Below are positions 19,193 through 27,568 of a stretch of 40,255 bases of DNA, piece after piece. Within the stretch, counting starts at the first letter, position 1; the number at the start of each line of letters is the position of its first letter. The stretch is taken from positions 1 to 40,255 of the forward strand of contig JADGHJ010000002.1 in assembly GCA_019686175.1 (NCBI GenBank), given 5' to 3'. The notes under the pieces were generated by a model, which worked only from the letters and a program-made list of their open reading frames with translations, had not been told where the DNA came from and ran no database searches. The position numbers were made by a program, and so were the translations under genes. The stretch is from Chloroflexota bacterium. Its GTDB lineage: Bacteria; Chloroflexota; UBA6077; JAJPHF01.

Positions 19193-19289
19193 GCTGCCCT
19201 CCTGGCCGGTGCCCTCGTCCGTGCCTTCGAACGGCCGGGGCAGCGTGTCACAGCGCGACTCGCCCGCGCTCCCTGCTTGGCGCGCGCCA

Positions 19290-19302
19290 TGATACTATAC
19301 AC
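19290..19302. promoter_or_regulatory. Overlapping divergent -10 elements (TGaTACTAT on +, TATAGT on -)
   Basis: AT-rich island between the divergent genes starting at 19192 and 19365. Confidence 0.35.
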
Positions 19303-19364
19303 ATGACAGCCCGACGACCGCCGATTATCTGGCGCATAGCTCTGTGCCCTCATCGAGGATCGCC

Positions 19365-20663
19365 ATGCCCAAGCCGCGCCGTCCGCCGCCTTCCCACAAG
19401 CGTGCCCTGGCGCCGGTCGCTACCGTCGAGGCGGGGGAGGCCGCGGCGCTCGCGGCACGGCTGCGGGAGCAGCTCGGGGAGCCGGACGCGGCGCTAGCCA
19501 CGCTGAAGAGCGCGCCGCCAGCCCTCGGCGCCGCCGCCCTGGAACAGCTGCGCCGCGAGGCCGGCGCCGCGGCCCGCGAGATGCTCTATCGTGCCGCTAT
19601 CGAGGCGCCGCCGCCCGCAGCGGAGGCGGCGCTGGCCGAGCTGGCGGCATTGGCCGACCCCGACGCCGCGGCGCTGCTGGCCGACCTTGCTGAGCACCTG
19701 CCGGGCAAGGAGCAGCGCAAGGCGGCGCGGCGTGCCCTGTTTCATCTGCGCAGTCGCGGCGTGCCGATCCCCGAGCCTCGCCGGCCACCTCCCGCGGCAC
19801 CCGCCGCGCAGCCGCGCGCGGTACTCTATCGTGCCCTGGCCACCCACAGCGACGGCCTGGGCTCGCGTCTGCTCTGGCTGTTCGCCGACCGGCCCCTGGG
19901 CGGGGCGTATCGCTTCGTCGCGCTGATCAACGATCTCGCCGGCCTGAAGGATTTCGTGGTGCACGACACCACCCGCAAGCGCCTGGCCGCCGAGGAGGCC
20001 GAAGCCCGCCAGCGCGGGGAGTTCACCTGGGTCGAGCTGCCGGTCCCCTACGCGCAGTGGCTGCTCCAGGAGGCGGTGGCGCTCAACGCCGACAGTGGCT
20101 TCCCGCTGCCGACCGAGTATCATGCGTGGCGCGATGTGGTCGGCGCGCCCACCACGCCCGTCGAGCGGCCGCTGATCTACGAGCACGTGAGTCGCTTCGA
20201 GGTGAAGATGCGGCCCGAGCTGCTGCGCGAGGCGCCGCGGCTGTTCGAGGAGCCGGAGATGGAGGGCTGGTTCCTGGGCTACCGGCAGGTCCAGCCCTAC
20301 GCAGTGGAGCTACGGCGGGCGCGCGAGGCGCGGCTGGTGCTCACGCCCGAGTCGGAGGAGCAGCGCCACGAGCGCGTGCTCACCCAGGCCATTCGGGAGC
20401 TGTTCACGCCGCCCCTGCGCCGCGCGCTGCAGCGCCGCCTCGAGGAGACGGCGTACATCTTCTGGGCGACCGGCCGGCGCGAGCAGGCCAAGCGGGCGGT
20501 GGCGGCTGCCGTCGAGATCGCGGACAGCGACCCGTTACTGCTGCCACGTCACCCGCTGGTGCGGTCGCTCCTGGAGCGCAGTATCGAGCTGGCCATCCAG
20601 GCGGAGCGCGCCGGCATCGATCCCACCCAATACGATCGCAGTCCCTACGACCCCGTTGGATAG
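19365..20663 (+). CDS. Hypothetical protein, helical HEAT-like N-terminus (432 aa)
   Basis: Long ORF with strong GC3 bias; SD GAGGA before ATG 19365; no catalytic motif recognised. Confidence 0.8.
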   Translation: MPKPRRPPPSHKRALAPVATVEAGEAAALAARLREQLGEPDAALATLKSAPPALGAAALEQLRREAGAAAREMLYRAAIEAPPPAAEAALAELAALADPDAAALLADLAEHLPGKEQRKAARRALFHLRSRGVPIPEPRRPPPAAPAAQPRAVLYRALATHSDGLGSRLLWLFADRPLGGAYRFVALINDLAGLKDFVVHDTTRKRLAAEEAEARQRGEFTWVELPVPYAQWLLQEAVALNADSGFPLPTEYHAWRDVVGAPTTPVERPLIYEHVSRFEVKMRPELLREAPRLFEEPEMEGWFLGYRQVQPYAVELRRAREARLVLTPESEEQRHERVLTQAIRELFTPPLRRALQRRLEETAYIFWATGRREQAKRAVAAAVEIADSDPLLLPRHPLVRSLLERSIELAIQAERAGIDPTQYDRSPYDPVG

Positions 20664-20735
20664 GAGCGGAGAGCCGCCGACCGCGACGCGGGGGAGTCCC
20701 GCGCGGTCGCCAGCCCGTCGGGAGAACCTCGGCGC

Positions 20736-22040
20736 ATGCGCAACACGATCGCCACGATCCTGGCAGGGGGTCAAGGCGAGCGGCTGAGCGTGCTGTCTTC
20801 GAAGCGCGCCAAGCCGGCCGTCCCCTTTGCGGGCAAGTATCGCATCATCGACTTCACGCTCAGCAACTGCGTCAACTCGGGCCTGTACAACGTGGCGGTG
20901 CTCACCCAGTACCGCCCGCACTCACTCAACGACCACATCCGCACCGGCCGCCCCTGGGACCTTGACCGCAACCGGGGCGGTGTGCGCCTGTTGCAGCCGT
21001 ACCTCGGGCGCCGCGAGTCCGACTGGTACCGCGGCACCGCCGACGCCGTGTACCAGAACCTCACCTTCCTGTTCGAGGACTACAACGCCGACCTGATGCT
21101 CGTGCTGTCGGGCGACCACGTGTACCGCATGGATTACCGCAAGCTGCTCGCCTTCCATGAGGCGAAGCAGGCCGACTGCACGGTGGCAGTGTTCGAGGTG
21201 CCGCTCCGCGAGGCGCACCGCTTCGGCACGCTGATCGTCGACGACGACCAGCGCGTGGTGGAGTTCGAGGAGAAGCCGGCGCGGCCCCGCAGCACGCTCA
21301 TCTCCATGGGCATCTACGTGTTCGAGCGGCCCATCCTGGAGCAGCGGCTGGAGGAGGACGCCCGCTCACGCAGCCGGCACGATTTCGGCGGCGATATCCT
21401 CCCGCGCATGGTCGAGCTGGATCGCGTGTACGCCTACCGCTTCCGTGGCTACTGGCGTGATGTGGGCACCATCCAGTCGTACTGGGAAGCGAACATGGGT
21501 CTCTTGGCCGAGCCGCCCGAGTTCGAGCTGTACGACCCGACCTGGGTGATCCACACGCGCAGCGAAGAGCGCCCACCCGCTAAGATCAGCTCCACGGGCG
21601 CCGTCTCCCGCAGCCTCATCTCCCATGGCTGCACGATCCACGGTACAGTCGAGCACTCGGTGCTCTCGCCCGGGGTGTTCGTGGCCGAGGGCGCCTACGT
21701 GCGCGATAGCATTGTCATGACCGACTGCATCATCGGCCCGAACAGCGTGCTCGACCGCGTGATCCTGGACAAGGAGGTCGTGGTGGGCACCAGCTGTCAG
21801 CTCGGCGTGGGCGAGGCGAACACGCCCAACCGCCTCGAGCCGCGGCGGCTCAACACCGGCATCTCCCTGGTCGGCAAGCGGGCGCGCATCCCCTCCGGGT
21901 TGCGCATGGGTCGCAACTGCCGCATCGATCCCGACGTCACCGAGCGCGACTTCGGCGGTCGCAGCGAGCTGCCCAGTGGCGAGTCGATCGTGCGCGTCGA
22001 CGAGCCGCGGCCGATCGCCAGCATCGCCAGTGCCGAGTAG
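20736..22040 (+). CDS. glgC: Glucose-1-phosphate adenylyltransferase
   Basis: [54 protein letters not shown]-terminal beta-helix. Confidence 0.95.
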   Translation: MRNTIATILAGGQGERLSVLSSKRAKPAVPFAGKYRIIDFTLSNCVNSGLYNVAVLTQYRPHSLNDHIRTGRPWDLDRNRGGVRLLQPYLGRRESDWYRGTADAVYQNLTFLFEDYNADLMLVLSGDHVYRMDYRKLLAFHEAKQADCTVAVFEVPLREAHRFGTLIVDDDQRVVEFEEKPARPRSTLISMGIYVFERPILEQRLEEDARSRSRHDFGGDILPRMVELDRVYAYRFRGYWRDVGTIQSYWEANMGLLAEPPEFELYDPTWVIHTRSEERPPAKISSTGAVSRSLISHGCTIHGTVEHSVLSPGVFVAEGAYVRDSIVMTDCIIGPNSVLDRVILDKEVVVGTSCQLGVGEANTPNRLEPRRLNTGISLVGKRARIPSGLRMGRNCRIDPDVTERDFGGRSELPSGESIVRVDEPRPIASIASAE

Positions 22041-22109
22041 CGCGTCGCCATTCTCCACAGCGCGGGAGGCGAGGCCGCGCGGGCCCGGCTCCCCGCGCCA
22101 GGGCCGGGA

Positions 22110-22427
22110 TTAACGCGTCGCGCCGGCTTCTTCGGCCACTAGCTCGTAGGTCTTCACGGTGGCCGCCATGCCGGTCAGCCCGCGCGTGGCGCGCTTGATT
22201 TCCTCGTGCGCGGGGCTGCGCAAGTAGTTCTGGATCGCCGCCTCGCTCTCCCATTCCGCCACAGAGATGAACTCGCCCGGGTCCTCGCGGCAGCGCAACA
22301 GCTCCTCGCGCAGGCACCCCGGCTGTTGGCGCATCAGCGGGCCGCACTCCTGCTTCCACAGCCGCACGACCTCTGCGGCCTTGTCTGGGGACGCGCGCAC
22401 GATGATGTGACGGGCAATCGTGGCCAT
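22110..22427 (-). CDS. Antibiotic biosynthesis monooxygenase (ABM) domain protein
   Basis: QQPGC...FISVAEWESEAAIQNYLRSPAH pattern; SD GGGAGGAG. Confidence 0.82.
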   Translation of the reverse strand: MATIARHIIVRASPDKAAEVVRLWKQECGPLMRQQPGCLREELLRCREDPGEFISVAEWESEAAIQNYLRSPAHEEIKRATRGLTGMAATVKTYELVAEEAGATR

Positions 22428-22613
22428 GAGCGTGCTCCTCCCGCGCGTGGTGGGCCTCGTGCCGCCTCGTTAGCAGGCCGCGTGCCACGCTTGCGGTCGG
22501 CTCCAGTGCCGATGGGACGAGGAGCTGCTCTTACCTCGCGGGCTCGTGGTGGGATGCCGGCATCCCCCGACCCATCTCGCCGATGGGTGAGGGGAGCGGC
22601 TGCGCACGCCGCG

Positions 22614-23408
22614 CTAGAGGATGTGCCGGTCCCAGTCGGGCGGTGGTGGGGTGAGCCCCATGCTCTCCAGCAACGGGTTGATGTCCGCCAGATACATCTG
22701 CCGCAGCTCCTCGTTGCCCCAGCGGCGGATGCCGAACTCCACGGCCGCGGCGGAGAAGCGCGACTGGCTACTGCCGAACGTGTCCAGCGCGCGCGGGTAC
22801 CACTTGCGCAGCGCCGCCTCGACGTCGGCGCGCGTGGCGCCGCAGGCCGCCGCGTAGTCCGGGTCCTCCAGGAGGCGCCGCACGCGGTTGGCGCCGAACG
22901 AGGCGTGGAAGCGCTCCTCGGGCACCATCGCCGTCATGGCCCGCGCCAGGGGGGCGAAGCTGGAGTTCTCCAGCGCTTTCAGGTGGTACCAGGCCACCAG
23001 GTCCATCGTGCAGCAGAACATGCACAGATCGACCCAGCTGTCGAACGGCAGGTTGAACGCTTCGAGCAGGTGCTGGCCGCGCCGCCGCTGGAGGAGGTCG
23101 CGGGCCAGCGCCTCGCCCTCGGGCCCGAACTGGCAGAGCAGGCGATAGTCCTCCATGCCCTGGTGGGCCTCGTCGGCGCAGATCTGCGCCTGTACGAAGC
23201 GGTCCTCGGCGGTGGGGCCCTGGTTGATCCAGGGCTGGTGCTGCTCCACCGAGGCGAACTCGGTGGAGGCGAGGGCGTAGACCAGCTTCAGCGCCGTTTG
23301 CCGGTACTCCGGCGTCATCTGCTCCTCGGTCTCCAGCTTGCGCATGCCGCGTAGCGCGCCCCACTGGACGCTGCGGCTCACGTAGCTGGCGTCGCGCGAG
23401 ACGCTCAT
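22614..23408 (-). CDS. PaaA/BoxB-like ferritin-fold diiron oxygenase/epoxidase (264 aa)
   Basis: STEF...DEAH...MDL...EERFH ligand set; FNLPFDSWVD and KWYPRALDTFG as in the phenylacetyl-CoA epoxidase family; ATG at 23408. Confidence 0.82.
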   Translation of the reverse strand: MSVSRDASYVSRSVQWGALRGMRKLETEEQMTPEYRQTALKLVYALASTEFASVEQHQPWINQGPTAEDRFVQAQICADEAHQGMEDYRLLCQFGPEGEALARDLLQRRRGQHLLEAFNLPFDSWVDLCMFCCTMDLVAWYHLKALENSSFAPLARAMTAMVPEERFHASFGANRVRRLLEDPDYAAACGATRADVEAALRKWYPRALDTFGSSQSRFSAAAVEFGIRRWGNEELRQMYLADINPLLESMGLTPPPPDWDRHIL

Positions 23409-23425
23409 CCGGCCCCCCTTTCCCT

Positions 23426-25903
23426 TCAACCAGATGTTGGCGGCAGCTCAACCTGGCTGGCGCGCGCCGCCCGCAGCAGGTGGAACAGCCGATCGGGCGT
23501 GATCGGCAGGCGGTCGATGCGGATCCCCAGCGGCCGCAGCGCGTCCTCGACCGCGTTGGCCACGCAGGCTGGCGCCGGGATCGCCCCGCCCTCGCCCACC
23601 CCCTTGGTGCCCAGGGGCGTGAACGGCGACGGTGTCTCCAGGTGGTCCGTCTCGATCGGCGGCACCTCGCAGGTCGTCGGCTTGAGATAGTCCATGAACG
23701 TGGTGGTCAGCAGCTGGCCGCGGTCGTCGTAGACGAACTCCTCGAACAGCGCGGCGCCGATGCCGTGCGCCGTGGCGCCGTGCACCTGGCCCTCCACGAT
23801 CAGCGGGTTGATCTCGTGACCGCAGTCGTGGACCACGCCGTAGCGCAGCACCCGCACCTGCGCTGTCTCGGGGTCCACCTCCACCAGACAGATATGCGCG
23901 GCATTGGTGAAGATGAGCTGGCCGCGCACACGGTTGGCCTCGTCGGGCAGCTTGGCCAGCGGGTTGGCGTAGAAGTAGGTCGCCTCGAGACCCGGCTCCA
24001 TCCCGGGCGGCAGGGCCAGCAGGTTGCGGTAGGCGACCTGGGCGATCTCGCGCAGGGTCTTGCCGCGGTCCGGCACGCCGCGCACCTGCACGCGCCCGCC
24101 GACCAGTTCGAGGTCCTCGGGCGGCGCCTCCAGCAGGTGGGCCGCGATGGCGATGATCTTGTCGCGCACCTTCTGGGCCGCGCCGAGAATCGCGCCGACA
24201 TCGGTAGTGGCGAACTTGTTGGCGTAGTTGCCAGAGGTCGCCATCCACGGCGTGGTGAACGAATCGAACCAGGGGTTCACGTGGACCGCCTGGAGGTCGA
24301 GGCCCAGCACGTCGGCCACGAGCTGCGCCGCCGCCGTCTCGTAGCCCTGCCCGCTGCACACGTCGCCGAACGCCACGCGCGCGGTGCCGTCAGGCTCCAC
24401 GCGCACCTTGGCCGTCTCGCCCACGCCCGTACTGGTCTTCTTGCCCGTCACTAGGACGTAGGCCGCCATGTTGGAGCTGGCCGGCTCCACCGCCACGCTC
24501 AGCCCGACGCCCAGGTAGCGTCCCTCGGTGCGCGCCCGCGCTTGCTCGCGGCGCAGGGCATCGTAATCGAGCAGCGCCAGCGCCTTGCGCAGCGTCTCGG
24601 GGAAGTTGCCGCTGTCGTAGTAGGCGCCCGTGGGCGTCTCGTAGGGGAACTGGTCGGGCTGGATGAAGTTGCGGAAGCGCAGCTCGGCGGGGTCGAGGTC
24701 GAGCCGCTGGGCGATACGGTCCATCAGCCGCTCGATGGCGAAGCACATGAACGGCTTGCCGATGCCGCGGTTGGCGCCGGAGGGGCACTTGTTGGTGAGC
24801 ACCGAGTACGGCTCGTAGCGCACAGCGCCGATGCGGTAGTTGTTCACCATGTTACCCAGCTTGAGCAGGCTGTGCTGGGCGGGCGAGATGAGGTTCGTCC
24901 CCTCATCGGCGTAGTCGCGGATCTGCAGCGCCAGCACGGTCCCGTCGCGCTGCACCGCGGCGTCGATGTACATCACGCCGTTGCAGGCGTGCATCAGGGC
25001 GGTGAGGTTCTCGCGGCGGTCCTCGAGGAACTTCACCGGTCGCCCGGTAGCCATGGCTAGCAGGCTCACGGCCACGATGTACGCGGGCCGGCGCTTGTTG
25101 CCGAACCCGCCGCCGATGTCCGTACAGATGAGGCGAATCTGCGCTTCGCTGAGCCCCAGCGCCTCGGCCACCACGCCGATGGTGAGGCCCGGCCGCTGGT
25201 CGTTGGTGTAGATGGTGAGTAGCTTCTGGCCGGGGTCCCAGTCGGCGATCACCCCGAAGCACTCGATGGGCGTCGAGGCGTAGCGGTGGATGGCGAACCG
25301 CTCGCTGACCACCACGTCGGCGCGGGCGAAGGCGCCGTCCACGTCGCCGTAGGTGAACACGTCGTGCCAGAGCACGTTGCTGCCCGCCTCCTCGAACACC
25401 AGCGGCGCGTCGGGCGCGACCGCCCGCTCGACATCGATGACGGCCGGCAGCTCCTCGTACTCCACCTCCACCAGCGCCGCCGCGTCCTCGGCCGTGGCCC
25501 GATCCACCGCGGCCACGATGGCCACCGGGTCGCCCACATAGCGCGCCTTGTCGGCGGCGAGACAGTAGTTCGGCGGCTCGGACGGCACCGGAATGAGCGG
25601 GCGCAGCGAGCCCGAGCGCTCGCGCGCCTCCGGGCCGGTGACGATGCCGACCACGCCCGGCAGGGCGCGGGCGGCGGCAGTGTCGATGCGCCGGATGCGG
25701 GCGTGGGCGTGGGGGCTGCGCACGAACGCCGCATGCAGCATGCCGGGCAGCTTCACGTCGTCCAGGAACCGGCCCTGGCCCGTAAGCAGGCGCGGGTCCT
25801 CCTTGCGCTTGACAGCCGTGCCCATCCAGCGCGCCTGCAGGCCGTGCCAGTCTCGGGGGGATGCATGCGGCGCCGCGGTTGGCGGCTGGCCCGTGGCGGT
25901 CAT
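23426..25903 (-). CDS. Xanthine dehydrogenase family Mo-binding large subunit (CoxL/NdhL-like) no. 1
   Basis: RKEDPRLLTG, RSPHAHARI, GGGFGNK, ANRGIG loop, VEGQVHG, KGVGEGG. Confidence 0.92.
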   Translation of the reverse strand: MTATGQPPTAAPHASPRDWHGLQARWMGTAVKRKEDPRLLTGQGRFLDDVKLPGMLHAAFVRSPHAHARIRRIDTAAARALPGVVGIVTGPEARERSGSLRPLIPVPSEPPNYCLAADKARYVGDPVAIVAAVDRATAEDAAALVEVEYEELPAVIDVERAVAPDAPLVFEEAGSNVLWHDVFTYGDVDGAFARADVVVSERFAIHRYASTPIECFGVIADWDPGQKLLTIYTNDQRPGLTIGVVAEALGLSEAQIRLICTDIGGGFGNKRRPAYIVAVSLLAMATGRPVKFLEDRRENLTALMHACNGVMYIDAAVQRDGTVLALQIRDYADEGTNLISPAQHSLLKLGNMVNNYRIGAVRYEPYSVLTNKCPSGANRGIGKPFMCFAIERLMDRIAQRLDLDPAELRFRNFIQPDQFPYETPTGAYYDSGNFPETLRKALALLDYDALRREQARARTEGRYLGVGLSVAVEPASSNMAAYVLVTGKKTSTGVGETAKVRVEPDGTARVAFGDVCSGQGYETAAAQLVADVLGLDLQAVHVNPWFDSFTTPWMATSGNYANKFATTDVGAILGAAQKVRDKIIAIAAHLLEAPPEDLELVGGRVQVRGVPDRGKTLREIAQVAYRNLLALPPGMEPGLEATYFYANPLAKLPDEANRVRGQLIFTNAAHICLVEVDPETAQVRVLRYGVVHDCGHEINPLIVEGQVHGATAHGIGAALFEEFVYDDRGQLLTTTFMDYLKPTTCEVPPIETDHLETPSPFTPLGTKGVGEGGAIPAPACVANAVEDALRPLGIRIDRLPITPDRLFHLLRAARASQVELPPTSG

Positions 25904-25913
25904 CGGCGCCTCC

Positions 25914-26405
25914 TCACGGTTGCGGCTGCGGCGCGCGCTGGGCCTGGGCGGCCGCCTGGACCGCGCGCACGATGTTCACGTAGCCCGTGCAGATGCACAG
26001 ATTGCCCGACAGCGCCTCGCGGATCTCGGCCTCCGTGGGCGCCGGGTTGTCGCGGAGCAGCTCCAGCGCCGTGAGCAGGAACCCCGGCGTGCAGTAGCCG
26101 CACTGGAGCGCGTGGTGCTCCCAAAACGCCTGCTGCAGCGGGTGTAACTCCCCGTCGCGCGCCAGACCCTCGACGGTGAGGATCTCCGCCCCGTCGGCCT
26201 GCACGGCGAGCATCAAGCACGAGCGCACGCTCGCCCCGTTGAGCAGGACGGTACAGGCGCCGCACACGCCGTGCTCGCAGCCCACGTGCGTGCCCGTGAG
26301 CCCGCAGGTCTCCCGTAGGAAATCGACCAGGCTCAGCCGCACCGGCACGGCCGCGCTGTAACATTGGCCATTCACCGTGACGGCGATCTCGCGTTGCTGT
26401 ACCAC
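25914..26405 (-). CDS. (2Fe-2S) small subunit, CoxS-like no. 1
   Basis: GCEHGVCGACTV, QCGYCTPG, GNLCICTGY. Confidence 0.93.
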   Translation of the reverse strand: MVQQREIAVTVNGQCYSAAVPVRLSLVDFLRETCGLTGTHVGCEHGVCGACTVLLNGASVRSCLMLAVQADGAEILTVEGLARDGELHPLQQAFWEHHALQCGYCTPGFLLTALELLRDNPAPTEAEIREALSGNLCICTGYVNIVRAVQAAAQAQRAPQPQP

Positions 26406-26585
26406 GCCTCCCCCCGGGCGCGCCGGATGTGGCTGCGCGCCTTGCTCCTAGTCTAGCGGCCCCTGCCGCCACAGGCCAGCGCGGCGCTACCGCGCTTGTT
26501 GAGCCACACGCCCGCGCCTGAGATAGAGTGGGGATGAGAACGGCACGTGCCTCGGTCCCTGACCGAGCACCGCAAGGAGGGAACC

Positions 26586-26996
26586 ATGGCCGAGCAGAGC
26601 GAGCGCCCGCATCCAGGGCCCGAGACGAGCGGCAGCCCCGAGCGCCCGCCGCAGCAGCTCGTGGGACCGCACCTGGTGTTCGACCTCGCCGCGGAGAGCA
26701 ACCAGATCCGCTACGAGCGCGGCTACCGCGAGGGCGACCGCAACGCCAACACGCTGGTGAAAACCGACGGCCTGCGGGTCGTGCTCACCGCTCTACGCAA
26801 GGGCGCGCGGCTACAGGAGCACGTCGCGCCAGGCTGGACCAGCGTGCACGCGCTGGAGGGGCGCCTGCGCCTGCGGTTCCCCGACCAGACGGTGGAGCTG
26901 CCCGCGGGCCACCTGCTGGCGCTGGCGCCGCGGCTCCCCCACGACGTCGAGGCGCTGGAGGACAGTGTCTTCCTCTTGACCATCGCCGCCGGCTAG
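26586..26996 (+). CDS. Cupin domain protein (136 aa)
   Basis: SD AAGGAGG; TLVK..LRVVL...LQEH...LEGRL...PHDVEALEDSVFLLTI. Confidence 0.82.
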   Translation: MAEQSERPHPGPETSGSPERPPQQLVGPHLVFDLAAESNQIRYERGYREGDRNANTLVKTDGLRVVLTALRKGARLQEHVAPGWTSVHALEGRLRLRFPDQTVELPAGHLLALAPRLPHDVEALEDSVFLLTIAAG

Positions 26997-27051
26997 ACAC
27001 TAGAGGTCCGGCGCGGGCGGAGGGCGCCCGGCTAGCGACCCCGCTTGCGCC

Positions 27052-27543
27052 TCATGAGGTTGTCGCGGCGCGCTGCTGGGCCAGCTTGAGGCGCGCGCTC
27101 CCTACCGCGCGCAGGATGTCCTGGTAGCCGGCACAGCGACAGTAGTTGCCGGCCAGGTAGTGCTTCGTCTCCTCCTCGTCCGCGTCGGGCAGCTCCTCCA
27201 GCAGCGCCTTCACCGCCAGGATATAGCCCGGGGTGCAGTAGCCACACTGGAAGGCCCGCTCTTCGAGGAAAGCCTCTTGCACCGGGTGCAGGCGCGGCCC
27301 CTGGCTCAGCCCCTCGATCGTCTCGATCCGTGCGCCGTCGAGGCGCGCCGCCAGGGTGAGGCAGGAAGCGATCGGTGCGCCGTTGACCAGCACGGTGCAC
27401 GAGCCGCACACGGCCGTGCCACAGCCCTCGCGCACCCCGTACAGCTTGAGCTGCTCGCGCAGCACGTCGGACAGCAGCCAGTGGTCCTCGACCGTGAGCT
27501 GGCGCTCGGTGCCGTTCACCGTCAGCGTGATGGTTCGCTTCAC
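27052..27543 (-). CDS. (2Fe-2S) small subunit, CoxS-like no. 2
   Basis: GCGTAVCGSCTV, QCGYCTPG, GNYCRCAGY. Confidence 0.92.
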   Translation of the reverse strand: MKRTITLTVNGTERQLTVEDHWLLSDVLREQLKLYGVREGCGTAVCGSCTVLVNGAPIASCLTLAARLDGARIETIEGLSQGPRLHPVQEAFLEERAFQCGYCTPGYILAVKALLEELPDADEEETKHYLAGNYCRCAGYQDILRAVGSARLKLAQQRAATTS

Positions 27544-27568
27544 TCTCGGCTCCCCCTTGCGCGGGCGC

